DNA of 37,331 nucleotides, from positions 65,673,772 to 65,711,102 of the forward strand of contig NC_068992.1 of assembly GCF_001194135.2 (NCBI RefSeq), in the 5' to 3' direction. The notes under the pieces were generated by a model. The model did not search any database, was not told where the DNA came from, and saw only the letters and a list, made by a program, of their open reading frames with translations. How positions within the stretch are numbered: position 1 is the stretch's first letter; each line of letters begins with the position of its first letter. The translations under genes and the position numbers were made by a program. Positions 27,201-37,331 of this stretch are shown here, piece after piece. The stretch comes from Octopus bimaculoides. Its lineage: Eukaryota.

Positions 27201-29833
27201 ATACACCTTGTTTGTTGTTCTCCCCCACCCCATCTCTTTCTTTTGTACAGTTTCGAACCCCATATAATATAGGCTCATGTGGTCACTCCAATTTGATCCT
27301 GTTTAACTGAACCTTCATCTCCTCTACTTTACCACTACTCCACCCAGACTACCATCGGAACTTTCTACTTCTCAGACTCTACCTTTATGGATCTTACTGT
27401 ACACTGTGATTGACTAAGATATATAGAATTGGCTTATATGTAGTTTCCATCCGACAAATTTTATTCACAACTCATTGGTTTGGTCAGGATTAAAGAAAAC
27501 CGTTGACCATGATGTCCTACAGTGTGGGCAAGGGTTTTCTATAGTCCTAGCCCAAAACAGAAAGGGTTTACTACAGACCTGAACTCAAAACCACAAGCTT
27601 ACATGAGCAAACTTCTTAAATACATCGCCATGTCACCACCTATATTCACTCATATATTTTATGTCCATTTTTCCACGTTAGCATGGGTTAGACGAGTATA
27701 GTATCAAGACACTGCTTTTACAACCAGATGCCCTTCCTGTTGTCAAGTGAGAGATCTCTTAATTTAAACCAGGGTCACCAAATGGGCCAGATAAATGAGA
27801 GAATGATGAGTGCAGGCTGAACAACCATTTTGTTCAATTCAATACAGTGAATACACAAAAAATAAAGGCAACCAACATATTTATTTACCAAAACGTTATC
27901 AAAGAAGGTGATGTTAGCAATAAGATAGTTTTATCACACCTGGTGCACACATATCCGAATCTCACAAACTAAGCAGCAAAAAAGGTTGGTGAGATTTGTG
28001 AAACTGGTGTTTAGCTTTTAAGATATCATCAATATTTGCTTTGGAATTGCTGCATCCAACCAGGAGAATTGCTTTCAAATGTTCATCAGTCAACTTTGTT
28101 CAATGTTCTGACTTCACATTCTTCGTTTTTGAAAATGTTGGCTCACAGAGATAAGTTGTTCCAAACACTGATGCCATACCAGAGGCAAATGGAAGCTCAT
28201 TGCAGGTACTCCCACAAGAGATACAGTGCAGCAGCAAGCAGGATGAACTGACTTCACAGGCCATAGTCTGGTGATCCCTGGTCTAAACATATTTAAAGGC
28301 ACAGAGCATGAAGCTGGTTTATAAATTTATTTGATAATCAATGTTATTTAAGGCATAAATTGCAGAGATTGCCACAACTGGTTTCAGGTTTTATCAAATT
28401 TCTGGCAATCAGCAACTGCTTGAAAAGCATAAAAATGTGAAATTATAAAATGCAATTGAAATAAGAATAATAAAGTTCTATATTTAAGGGTAGACGAACA
28501 TCACAAAGCTGTAACACAGTGAGATATTGATAAATCGGGTATAGCTGATCATGTATTGGAAAATGGAGACCATCTCCCCCTGTAGGATGAAGTTAAAATA
28601 ATAGACAGAGAACACCACTGGAAAATACGAAAACTAAAAGAAGCAGCACATATGCTAGGACACAACAATCTCGTAAGTAGAGCGAGTGCAGATATGAACA
28701 GCATATGGGAACCAGTATTAAGAAAGGATAGGAGAATATTAGATTTATAAGCCCTAAAATTCACTCCATAATTGCCCACAGACATAGTGGTTAAGAGCGC
28801 GGGCTACTAACCCCAAGATTCCGAGTTCAATTCCAAGCAGTAACCTGAACAATAATAATAATAACATCAAAAAATACCTTAGGAATGAGAACCCAGGTTC
28901 GAAATTTCTCCAAGACACCTGAAGAAGGCTGGAGGGTATATCAGCCGAAAGGTTGTGTTAACAAGAAACAAGACGAAGACAAATATCCGTTGAATGTAAA
29001 TAATGCAAATAATAATAATCTTTTCTACTCTAGGCACAAGGCCCGAAATTTTGGGGGAGGGGGCCAATCGATTACATCGACCCCAGTACGCAACTCGTAC
29101 TCAATTTACCGACCCCGAAAATATGAAAATAGAACTCAGAGCGTAATAATAATAATAATAATGTCCCGAATAATACCCCGAAACCTTGAAATTTCCTGAT
29201 GAAACTATCACCAGGTCGTATTTTTATGAATTGCATTGTTTTGACTTGTAAAAAAATTATAATCACAAACATACACGTACGCGGAGACAATTATGCGGGG
29301 TTTCATATCCGAAATCTATATTTGTGTAAACAGAAAGAAAACAAAGAGTGAAGATTTTCAGACGATGAATATTTAAGTATTAATGTATAAGATATTGATA
29401 TGAATAGATCAAACTTAGACAGAGAAGAAACGACAGAGAAACTTAAAAAGTAGGAAGTAAGGAGTCCAACAGCCGTGTCGGGGAGATCGGAGACCCGGCA
29501 GGATGCTGGTACATGTCGATATATATAATTGCAGTTCGTAACAACCTTCTTTAAAGTTATACAACACAATGCTTCCCACCAAAACTGCTTCTCATCTATT
29601 TATGTTTCATTTACTCTTCATTCATTCGATCGGTTTTTGAAAACGCTTTGCCGGCAAATCTCCGATGAAGATATACATATATAAATAATAGGATACGCAG
29701 GCAACCCAGTGGATGGGAAATAGTGAATTAGTTTAGTTGAGTTTTAAACTACTTAATTTTGTTCGCTACTCACCGTGGTTCCTATTGTTATGTCAAAGAA
29801 TACAACCGGGTTCCCGGGGTTCGAAGCAGTCAT
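18832..29833 (-). CDS. PPIH: Peptidyl-prolyl cis-trans isomerase H (cyclophilin H), 7 coding exons, 175 aa: [175 protein letters not shown]
   Basis: Spliced by hand. Exons of 60+65+69+43+93+88+110 = 528 nt join in frame across GT-AG introns (phases 0,2,2,0,0,1). Cyclophilin motifs [20 protein letters not shown] and QFFIT are present. [19 protein letters not shown] and the C-terminal [20 protein letters not shown] are characteristic of PPIH as I recall the human protein. Confidence 0.96.
19625..19815 (-). mobile_element. SINE/LINE 3' end with (ATG)n tail (family E)
   Basis: Contains ggctggatgcccttcc...gccaaccact; inverted homolog at 23655-23835. Confidence 0.75.
19963..20225. mobile_element. 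Palindromic MITE-like element with about 100-bp arms
   Basis: aattgcagcactgaagatg...ttcacttcaacatttaaattt is mirrored by aaatttaaatgttgaagtgaa...catcttcagtgctgcaatt; lies in PPIH intron 6. Confidence 0.9.
20586..20673 (-). CDS. PPIH: PPIH coding exon 6 ([30 protein letters not shown])
   Basis: Acceptor tatttcag, donor gtaagt; 88 nt; not shown in the ORF track. Confidence 0.95.
21600..21800 (+). mobile_element. Probable RTE-type LINE reverse transcriptase relic
   Basis: [11 protein letters not shown] resembles the RTE motif RIAKASAAFGRL; heavily decayed. Confidence 0.35.
21870..21992 (-). mobile_element. Old SINE family A 5' portion
   Basis: Reverse complement reads gcagacatgggtgtgtggttaaag...gggttcagtctcactg...ccaaagccctgtgag. 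Confidence 0.7.
22369..22461 (-). CDS. PPIH: PPIH coding exon 5 ([31 protein letters not shown])
   Basis: Acceptor attttag, donor gtaagt; 93 nt, phase 0/0. Confidence 0.95.
22590..23060 (+). mobile_element. SINE family A (22590-22968) directly followed by a family B head fragment
   Basis: Full head-to-tail family A copy, then gctggcagaattgttagcac...gagctcaaattcc. Confidence 0.9.
23135..23177 (-). CDS. PPIH: PPIH coding exon 4 ([14 protein letters not shown])
   Basis: Acceptor cctttcag, donor gtaagt; 43 nt. Confidence 0.95.
23655..23835 (+). mobile_element. Family E 3' end with (ATG)n tail
   Basis: gagtggttggcattaggaagggcatccagcc...ccagcatggacaatggatgttaaatgatgatgatgat. Confidence 0.8.
23972..24040 (-). 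CDS. PPIH: PPIH coding exon 3 ([23 protein letters not shown])
   Basis: Acceptor tgttccag, donor gtgggt; 69 nt; lies inside track ORF 23848..24066. Confidence 0.95.
24203..24477 (+). mobile_element. Tigger/pogo-like MITE end running into a 14-bp minisatellite
   Basis: Starts TACAGTAATCCCTC. Six copies of C(C/T)(G/A)CGACAGGTGAA-like units span 24390-24473. Confidence 0.7.
24836..24900 (-). CDS. PPIH: PPIH coding exon 2 ([22 protein letters not shown])
   Basis: Acceptor ttatttcag, donor gtaaaag; 65 nt. Confidence 0.95.
25140..25258 (+). mobile_element. SINE family A, 3' end
   Basis: ataagtattaggcttacaaagaataagtgctggggtcgatttgttcgact...gactaaaacaagtaaaagag. Confidence 0.85.
26000..26830 (-). 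mobile_element. Decayed non-LTR retrotransposon reverse transcriptase (RTE-like)
   Basis: Motifs in order: [48 protein letters not shown], then a Cys-rich segment (FVCGRCTG); stops and frameshifts present. Confidence 0.85.
26874..27050. mobile_element. Palindromic MITE-like element; half copy at 29932-30010
   Basis: attctctttcagtgtctt / aagacactgaaagagaat and tttccactcatttacttattt / aaataagtaaatgagtggaaa are inverted pairs. Confidence 0.85.
27770..28280 (-). mobile_element. Internally deleted hAT (Charlie/SPIN-like) transposon
   Basis: Terminal repeats cagggtcaccaaa / tctggtgatccctg; flanks atttaaac and gtctaaac (degenerate 8-bp target duplication); peptide [12 protein letters not shown]...[11 protein letters not shown] from the hAT dimerization region. 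Confidence 0.8.
28775..29005 (+). mobile_element. tRNA-headed SINE-like element with hammerhead-bearing 3' body (family C)
   Basis: Head has an A-box-like TAGTGGTTAAG, an anticodon-loop-like CTACTAA and a B-box-like GAGTTCAATTCC. An (AAT)n linker follows, then a body nearly identical to 7484-7615. Confidence 0.75.
28914..28959 (+). ncRNA. Second copy of the minimal hammerhead motif, with stem III mutated
   Basis: GACAC-CTGAAGA-A-GGCTG-gagggtatat-CAGCC-GAAA-GG-TT-GTGTT. It matches the 7525 copy, but the ACGT palindrome is changed to AGGT. Confidence 0.55.
29774..29833 (-). CDS. PPIH: PPIH coding exon 1 ([20 protein letters not shown])
   Basis: ATG at 29833-29831; donor GTGAGT follows; 60 nt, phase 0. 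Confidence 0.92.
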
Positions 29834-30782
29834 TTTCAAATATTTGAATTAAGCTGACAAGGGAGCTCACTCTTGTTGACTGGTGAAATTTTGACAAAAG
29901 AGCGTAACATGAACAATTCTTTTGTGTCCGAAGAGAGTCAGACTGTTCTAATGCCTTCCTGTGTAACACACGCACCGGTTCAATTTCCACTCATTTATTA
30001 TTATTATTTTCTTCCAAAAATAAAAATGGGAATGATTTATTGAGCTTTTGTTGTCTATTTTTCCAGATTACATCAAACGCAATTGATATCAATTTTTTTT
30101 TTACGGTCATACATTATCTTTATTTATTTATGCACATCTCTTTTTTCATTGGATTGTGGCCACGCTGGAGCACCGCCTTGTGGGGTTTAGTCGAATTAAT
30201 CGATCCCAGCAGTGATATTTATTATTCACAACCATATTCTTTTATTATTCACAACCATATGTGTGCGACATGCGCGTCAGAGACTGTACAAATTCAAGAA
30301 AGCTAACCCTTCAAACAAATATAGGAGAAGAATTGGTTACGGGTTTAATATAAAACTCAACATATAAGGGAGAATCATAAGGCTGGTTTCCATTTCACTG
30401 TATTTGATATTTTTGAAGATATGTTGGGAAAGGTTTGAATATCTCATCTTCTCAGATTAATCCTTATTAAATGAATATTAGTTCTCCTTCAAATAAACGC
30501 GATGGCGTTTACGACGTATTCTTCTTATAAGGAAAATAACTGCATTCTCAACTTTCGAAGTTCTCTCCCTTGGTATATCTTGTTCTCTGAGTCTATGAAT
30601 TTTAGACGCCGTTAACTTTGCTTTTGTGAACGTACATTTGTCGCGTACCTTTCCAATGTACTTCATTCGAGAAGGAATAAATACTATAAGCCTTCATTAC
30701 AATTTGATAGATACTATGCATATTGTATAAATAAGATGCTCAACAGAGAGCAATGTTCGCATAATTCACGGGTGGACAAACA

Positions 30783-30819
<37 letters not shown>

Positions 30820-32699
30820 CAACACACAGACACACACATACATACAACATACACACACACAAATACACACACATTCACATACCCCCCCGCTTTACATACA
30901 CACACATATTTGAATAGCTGAAACGCTGTTTGATTTATTTTTTTCAGCGTACAATTTTCATCATCCCACTACCATGTACAACATCACCTCTTCCTTCCTT
31001 ATTCATCTATCGCCCCTTCCTTTCTCATTCATCTATCACCCCTTCCTTTCTCATTCATGAACACAAGAGTATTGTTATAGTAGATTATCTCGGTAACCAC
31101 AAGAGGTATGAAAAAATACAAAGCCAAGCATCACCACCGGATCCTTCTACACATCTGTGTCATTTTTCGTGCAATTCCACCCAGCCGTTTGACCGTGCAT
31201 CGCAAGACAGGAAAGAATCGCCCATGTCAAATTTATATGTGTAGATTTGCACGATGGAGACAATCATCACTTTCCCTTTTACTCCAGATTTTACTTTATT
31301 TTGATATAATTTTATTAAAGAGATATTCTAATAAAGATATAATTTAATGAATCGATGTTGCTTTCGCCAAATTTAGAATCGTTTCTACAGAACCTGTGCT
31401 GACAATACTTAGATCTCAGCAAACCGTTTGTTAAAAGTTCACCCCCTGGATTTAGTCGCATGAATCTAATATATATGCAGGTATATTTTATTAACCTGTG
31501 AATGATTAAGTACAAAATAAATCTGGTGAGATTGGATCCAGGCGTAGAACCAGCGTTAAATTCACTTTAAAGCGAGACTAAAATGAATTTAACTTTGTCG
31601 GTTTCAAACTAATTTCTTCATTCATTTACTCCACTATTCTTATCGTTTCGTCGTCTCAAAACTTGCTTCCCTTTGCGAATCGTAGAAAAGAAATTGATGT
31701 AAATTAAATGACACGTACATTCCGGTCTCCATTGTTGATACTCAGAGTTTTAACTATTAACCGATGCCGACCTCATCTGTCAGACGTTTTTTTTTTTTTT
31801 TACTCTGTAATGTCTTGTTATAGTAAAGAATAAATATTACTCAACCGTGTGAGAAACGATCATTTTTCATTATTCTGTTGATTCCGACGCGTTCGCGATT
31901 CTGCCAGCTCACTGCTGACATCTTTACGTTGTGAGTTCAAATTCCACCAAGATTGACTTGGGGGGGAGGGGGTCGATGAAATAGGAACCATTTAAGCAGT
32001 GGGTTCGATCAATTTCATTGATTAACTCTTTCTCTCTCTCTCACTAAAATTCTTGGCTCTATGCCAAAATTTGTAACATATTCTGCCGATTTCATCACAA
32101 ATATGAACTAACTATTGGTCGTTCATCAATTTGGTTTCTAAATAGTTTTACTAATTTTATTTTCGTCGATAAATCTAATAACCAAGAGATTCGGGAAGAA
32201 CACCAGAAGTAACGATCTTTCAACTGCGAACTTACAATGATTTACAGTAAGAAAAAGGAACAATTTTACAATATTGTTTTTGATTGCTAAATTTACCGAA
32301 ATCATAATGATAACCATTTCCCATCAAAATTCCGTTCCTGTGCTTATTACAAATTCCAAGCAGAAGACATTTTCAATTTTGAATTAATTAAGTAAATAGA
32401 GGTAAAGAGAGAACATAATTATTGATTTGTTGGTTAATTTCATTAATTCGTTCAGATATTAACAGTAATAAAAATAATATGCTATAAAATGATATCTAAA
32501 ATCTTCCTCAATCAGAAACGATTACCCGAGCAGACATTTTATATTGTTTGTTTGTATCTTTTATTGAATTCTTATTACCATTTGTCTTTGCACTTCCGTT
32601 TATCTCGAAAACGGTCAATGAAGAAACAATTCAGAACCAGGAATCAACTCTGACCTTACAATAAAACCTTTTTTAAATTTCTGATAATAATATATATCA

Positions 32700-33030
32700 T
32701 TTTCTACTCTAGGCACAAGGCCCGAAATCTTTGGGGAGTGGGCAAGTCGATTAGATCGACCCCAGTATGCAACTAACCATTTCGCTCGGCGCGCTAACGT
32801 TTCTGCCAGCTCGCCGCCTTCATAATAATATATATTTTTAAGAGAAAGGCGGTGAGCTGGCAGAATCGTTAGCGTACTGAGAAAAATGCTTAGCGCTATT
32901 TCGTCCGTCTTTACGTTCTGAGTTCAAATTCTGCCGAGGACGACTGTGACTTCTATCCCTTTCGGGGATCGATAAGATAAGTACCAGTTGCTCACTGGCG
33001 TCGATGTAATCGACTAGTCTCTCCTCCAAC
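32700..33030. mobile_element. Head-to-head pair of SINE family B copies (minus 32700-32820, plus 32846-33030)
   Basis: ctaacgtttctgccagctcgccgcctt and aaggcggtgagctggcagaatcgttag are separated by 25 nt. Confidence 0.85.
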
Positions 33031-33129
33031 ATTTCAAACATTCTTGTGAGATGAAGTTATTTTTACAGCAAAGTCTCATGTCAAACACCCACACACCGAC
33101 ACAGCAACATAATAGTGTGCGTATATATA

Positions 33130-33458
33130 NNNNNNNNNNNNNNNNNNNNNNNNNNNNNNNNNNNNNNNNNNNNNNNNNNNNNNNNNNNNNNNNNNNNNNN
33201 NNNNNNNNNNNNNNNNNNNNNNNNNNNNNNNNNNNNNNNNNNNNNNNNNNNNNNNNNNNNNNNNNNNNNNNNNNNNNNNNNNNNNNNNNNNNNNNNNNNN
33301 NNNNNNNNNNNNNNNNNNNNNNNNNNNNNNNNNNNNNNNNNNNNNNNNNNNNNNNNNNNNNNNNNNNNNNNNNNNNNNNNNNNNNNNNNNNNNNNNNNNN
33401 NNNNNNNNNNNNNNNNNNNNNNNNNNNNNNNNNNNNNNNNNNNNNNNNNNNNNNNNNN
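33130..33458. other. Assembly gap
   Basis: Run of N between microsatellites. Confidence 1.
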
Positions 33459-33493
<35 letters not shown>

Positions 33494-34231
33494 GGAGAGA
33501 GAGAGGGAGAGAGAGAGACCGTCAGACACACAGAGAAAGAGAGAGAGTGACATAGATACACACACACAAACACATATATATATATATGCATACATATACA
33601 TCATACACACAAACGCACGCACATCACACTCATATGTACATATGTATGTATGTATGTATGTATGTTTGTATGTATATATACAGACATGTATGTATGTATG
33701 TGTATGCATATTGTCAACAAGTCTATAACTTGCATATTGAACCCCTAAGCAGTCAGTTAGTTTGGTAGAAAGAGCAGCCAAACTCTCCATTAAACCTACA
33801 CTCTACCATGTTAAAAATAGCAAAAGAAACTGGACAATTTATTTGTAGCTGGTCTGCATTTAAATTATATGTTGGAATGGTGAGGAATGGAGAAAGCCTT
33901 CGGCTACGGATCTGTTACATGAAGCATGACTTGGGGCTAAGTAACGAATGAGAGAATGGAACATAGAATTTGAAGTTCGCCGGAATCTCTTGACGAAAGC
34001 TATTAAGCAAAAACATTAATGAGAACATAAATATATCTCATTAAGATGGGATAACAAGCGGCTGTATGCCATAAACAATGAGATATACAGGAAGGGAGTT
34101 TCTAACCATAAAATATCAGAACAGGCAACGCTGTAATAATTGTAATGGAAGGGAACACTTGTCAAATTGCCAATTGAATAAAGCTGGTCAATAAAAGGTT
34201 TTTATGTTTTATATAAAAGATGATCGGGTTG

Positions 34232-34610
34232 NNNNNNNNNNNNNNNNNNNNNNNNNNNNNNNNNNNNNNNNNNNNNNNNNNNNNNNNNNNNNNNNNNNNN
34301 NNNNNNNNNNNNNNNNNNNNNNNNNNNNNNNNNNNNNNNNNNNNNNNNNNNNNNNNNNNNNNNNNNNNNNNNNNNNNNNNNNNNNNNNNNNNNNNNNNNN
34401 NNNNNNNNNNNNNNNNNNNNNNNNNNNNNNNNNNNNNNNNNNNNNNNNNNNNNNNNNNNNNNNNNNNNNNNNNNNNNNNNNNNNNNNNNNNNNNNNNNNN
34501 NNNNNNNNNNNNNNNNNNNNNNNNNNNNNNNNNNNNNNNNNNNNNNNNNNNNNNNNNNNNNNNNNNNNNNNNNNNNNNNNNNNNNNNNNNNNNNNNNNNN
34601 NNNNNNNNNN
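34232..34610. other. Assembly gap
   Basis: Run of N. Confidence 1.
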
Positions 34611-35484
34611 ATATATATATATATACATACATAACATAGATAGACAGATAGGGAGGTAGGTAGATTAGAGATATAGATATAAATTTCTTTATATCTTAAC
34701 GTAGATATACTGTAGAAAGTAAAAAATCTGCAGTATTCGTCTTGCGGAAGCATCTCTTAGAGCTTACAGTGTTAAAAGGCACACAAATATATCAGTAGCA
34801 GAGGAATAGCACTTGGTAGTGGCGTTGGAATGGCTAAATCCGTCATCAGTAGTTAGCATCCTGTAGTAACCACAGTGTTGTCACGTGTTTCGTCACGTGT
34901 CGTGGTGACGTGTATTTAACGAGTTAAAGAGAGAGACGCAAAGGCGAGAAACTACGAATGAGTCGAGCTTTGAACGTCTAAACGAGAACCACAAGTCGAA
35001 GAGAAGAAAACGAAAAAGAAGAATGAGAACTCACTGCCGTTAAATGACAATTTCTACAAGGAACGTTTGGACATATCTATAATGAAACGAATGAAAAAGT
35101 TGTTACAATTGAATTCTGTATTTTCGGTCAGTTATTTATCTTCATATCTTAATATCAAAGTATTTATCTTCTCTGTGATTACAAATGAAGTTTCCACAAG
35201 ACTGTCATAATGCTATATTCTTTGTTGCATAGAAATCTGTATTTCTGATCCTTTATTTTTCTGCGTATATTTGATAACGAAATATTTATCTCTATTTTAT
35301 GTCAATAAACTAACAATTTTCACCAGACGTCATCTGGCTATATTTATTTATGAAGTCTGTATTTCCGGTCAGCCATCTTTTCTTTGTATCTTGATAGCGA
35401 GATATTTATCACTTTTTGTGATAAGAAGCGAACATTTTCCGCACACATACTTAGATAAATTTAACTTCAACTGATAGTTGTTTC

Positions 35485-35600
35485 GGCGGAGGTAAAGAAT
35501 ACGTACACTACCTGTTTTCGGCGTAACAAAAACACTAATCCTAACCCTATACACTAACCCTAACTCTAAACACCGGGTGTACGTATTCTTTTCTTACGCC
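35485..35600. mobile_element. 116-bp MITE with a perfect 8-bp target-site duplication and a telomere-like core
   Basis: GTTGTTTC at 35477-84 and 35601-08; inverted ends ggcg..aaagaatacgtacac / gtgtacgtattcttt..cgcc; internal ctaatcctaaccctatacactaaccctaactctaaa. Confidence 0.8.
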
Positions 35601-35659
35601 GTTGTTTCATTCTTCTGCTGACGATCAAAAAAGCAGAAATACATGTTTAGCTGCGAAAT

Positions 35660-35714
<55 letters not shown>

Positions 35715-35740
35715 CATGCCAGAAGTAAATAGACACCTTT

Positions 35741-36448
35741 NNNNNNNNNNNNNNNNNNNNNNNNNNNNNNNNNNNNNNNNNNNNNNNNNNNNNNNNNNNN
35801 NNNNNNNNNNNNNNNNNNNNNNNNNNNNNNNNNNNNNNNNNNNNNNNNNNNNNNNNNNNNNNNNNNNNNNNNNNNNNNNNNNNNNNNNNNNNNNNNNNNN
35901 NNNNNNNNNNNNNNNNNNNNNNNNNNNNNNNNNNNNNNNNNNNNNNNNNNNNNNNNNNNNNNNNNNNNNNNNNNNNNNNNNNNNNNNNNNNNNNNNNNNN
36001 NNNNNNNNNNNNNNNNNNNNNNNNNNNNNNNNNNNNNNNNNNNNNNNNNNNNNNNNNNNNNNNNNNNNNNNNNNNNNNNNNNNNNNNNNNNNNNNNNNNN
36101 NNNNNNNNNNNNNNNNNNNNNNNNNNNNNNNNNNNNNNNNNNNNNNNNNNNNNNNNNNNNNNNNNNNNNNNNNNNNNNNNNNNNNNNNNNNNNNNNNNNN
36201 NNNNNNNNNNNNNNNNNNNNNNNNNNNNNNNNNNNNNNNNNNNNNNNNNNNNNNNNNNNNNNNNNNNNNNNNNNNNNNNNNNNNNNNNNNNNNNNNNNNN
36301 NNNNNNNNNNNNNNNNNNNNNNNNNNNNNNNNNNNNNNNNNNNNNNNNNNNNNNNNNNNNNNNNNNNNNNNNNNNNNNNNNNNNNNNNNNNNNNNNNNNN
36401 NNNNNNNNNNNNNNNNNNNNNNNNNNNNNNNNNNNNNNNNNNNNNNNN
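35741..36448. other. Assembly gap
   Basis: Run of N. Confidence 1.
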
Positions 36449-36855
36449 ATATATATATAATTTATTTAGGCAGCAGTAAGCAAATGTGTGCCAGCAAGGA
36501 GAACTATAACTATCATTAAATATGACTGAAGGTGTTATAAACACCTACATTGCTAGAAATAAGAGCTAAACACTCTAATGCTGCAGTCAACGCACATAAT
36601 TGTCTACACACATGCCGACAGGGACAGTGATCACCCGAAAAGCAGCGATCGACACACTTCGAGACTGACCGGTCAGTTTCAGGTTCCGCCGTAGCCTATT
36701 CCATGGGATCGGCCCGACTCGGCTGATTCTGGACGACGGTCACTCTCAGCATATTTGTCGACGCCATAGAAATCTATGAATGGTTTAATGAATCGCTAAT
36801 GTGTATACAAATAATTTATTTAGGCACACACACACACATACATACATACATACAT

Positions 36856-36920
<65 letters not shown>

Positions 36921-37293
36921 AATTAATAAATGAAGCTGTTCAAAAGCAGTGTTGACAATTTTACAATTTTTCCCAAAAAATTCTAACTTAAGATCGGAAT
37001 ACGATAGAACAAAAGTCCCAGAACATATTCACAGATGTAAGCTCTGTTGCTGCTGCCATGGAAAAGCGTTGCTAAGAGAAATACGATCTCATATATTCTC
37101 AGAATGGTTTTCTGAACAAATGAACGTATGGCATAATGCCGACTTTCAATAAATGCAGATATTTATATTAGGAATATTTATATTTCTTGCTGTGAAGAAT
37201 TTCATTGTTCTTCATTTCTTGTAGTGAGATCTTCACTCTATTACGTACAAATATATTCAATGCATCCATACATACACGTATGTAGGTGTATGT

Positions 37294-37331
<38 letters not shown>

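Noticed and set aside
30478-30666. 62-aa basic ORF (AKLTASKIHRLREQDIPRERTSK...)
   Set aside because: No recognizable domain and no convincing splice partners; may be a transposon relic but cannot be supported.
35613-35652. CTGACGA...GAAATACATGTTTA hammerhead-like string
   Set aside because: Stem I does not pair and stem II is absent; the competing hairpin ttctgc/gcagaa explains the sequence.

Overview
AT-rich, microsatellite-dense animal genomic DNA with four assembly gaps. The repeat families and intron style suggest an octopus (coleoid cephalopod); this is an inference, and no database was searched. One protein-coding gene reconstructs completely: a 7-exon minus-strand cyclophilin H gene (PPIH, the U4/U6 snRNP cyclophilin). 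Its CDS is complement(join(18832..18941,20586..20673,22369..22461,23135..23177,23972..24040,24836..24900,29774..29833)), 528 nt or 175 aa, with all introns GT-AG and the frame continuous. The rest is at least five SINE-like families, decayed DNA transposons (mariner/Tc1, pogo/Tigger, hAT), decayed non-LTR retrotransposons, several fold-back or MITE-like elements, and simple repeats. The most interesting signal is that two unrelated repeat families carry type I hammerhead ribozyme motifs with palindromic stem III, the form known from Penelope-like elements (4394-4478; 7525-7570 and 28914-28959). One family has a tRNA-like Pol III head, and each family has a copy arranged as a fold-back in which the inverted arm lacks the CUGAUGA core. 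Most ORFs in the supplied track are microsatellite or gap artefacts.
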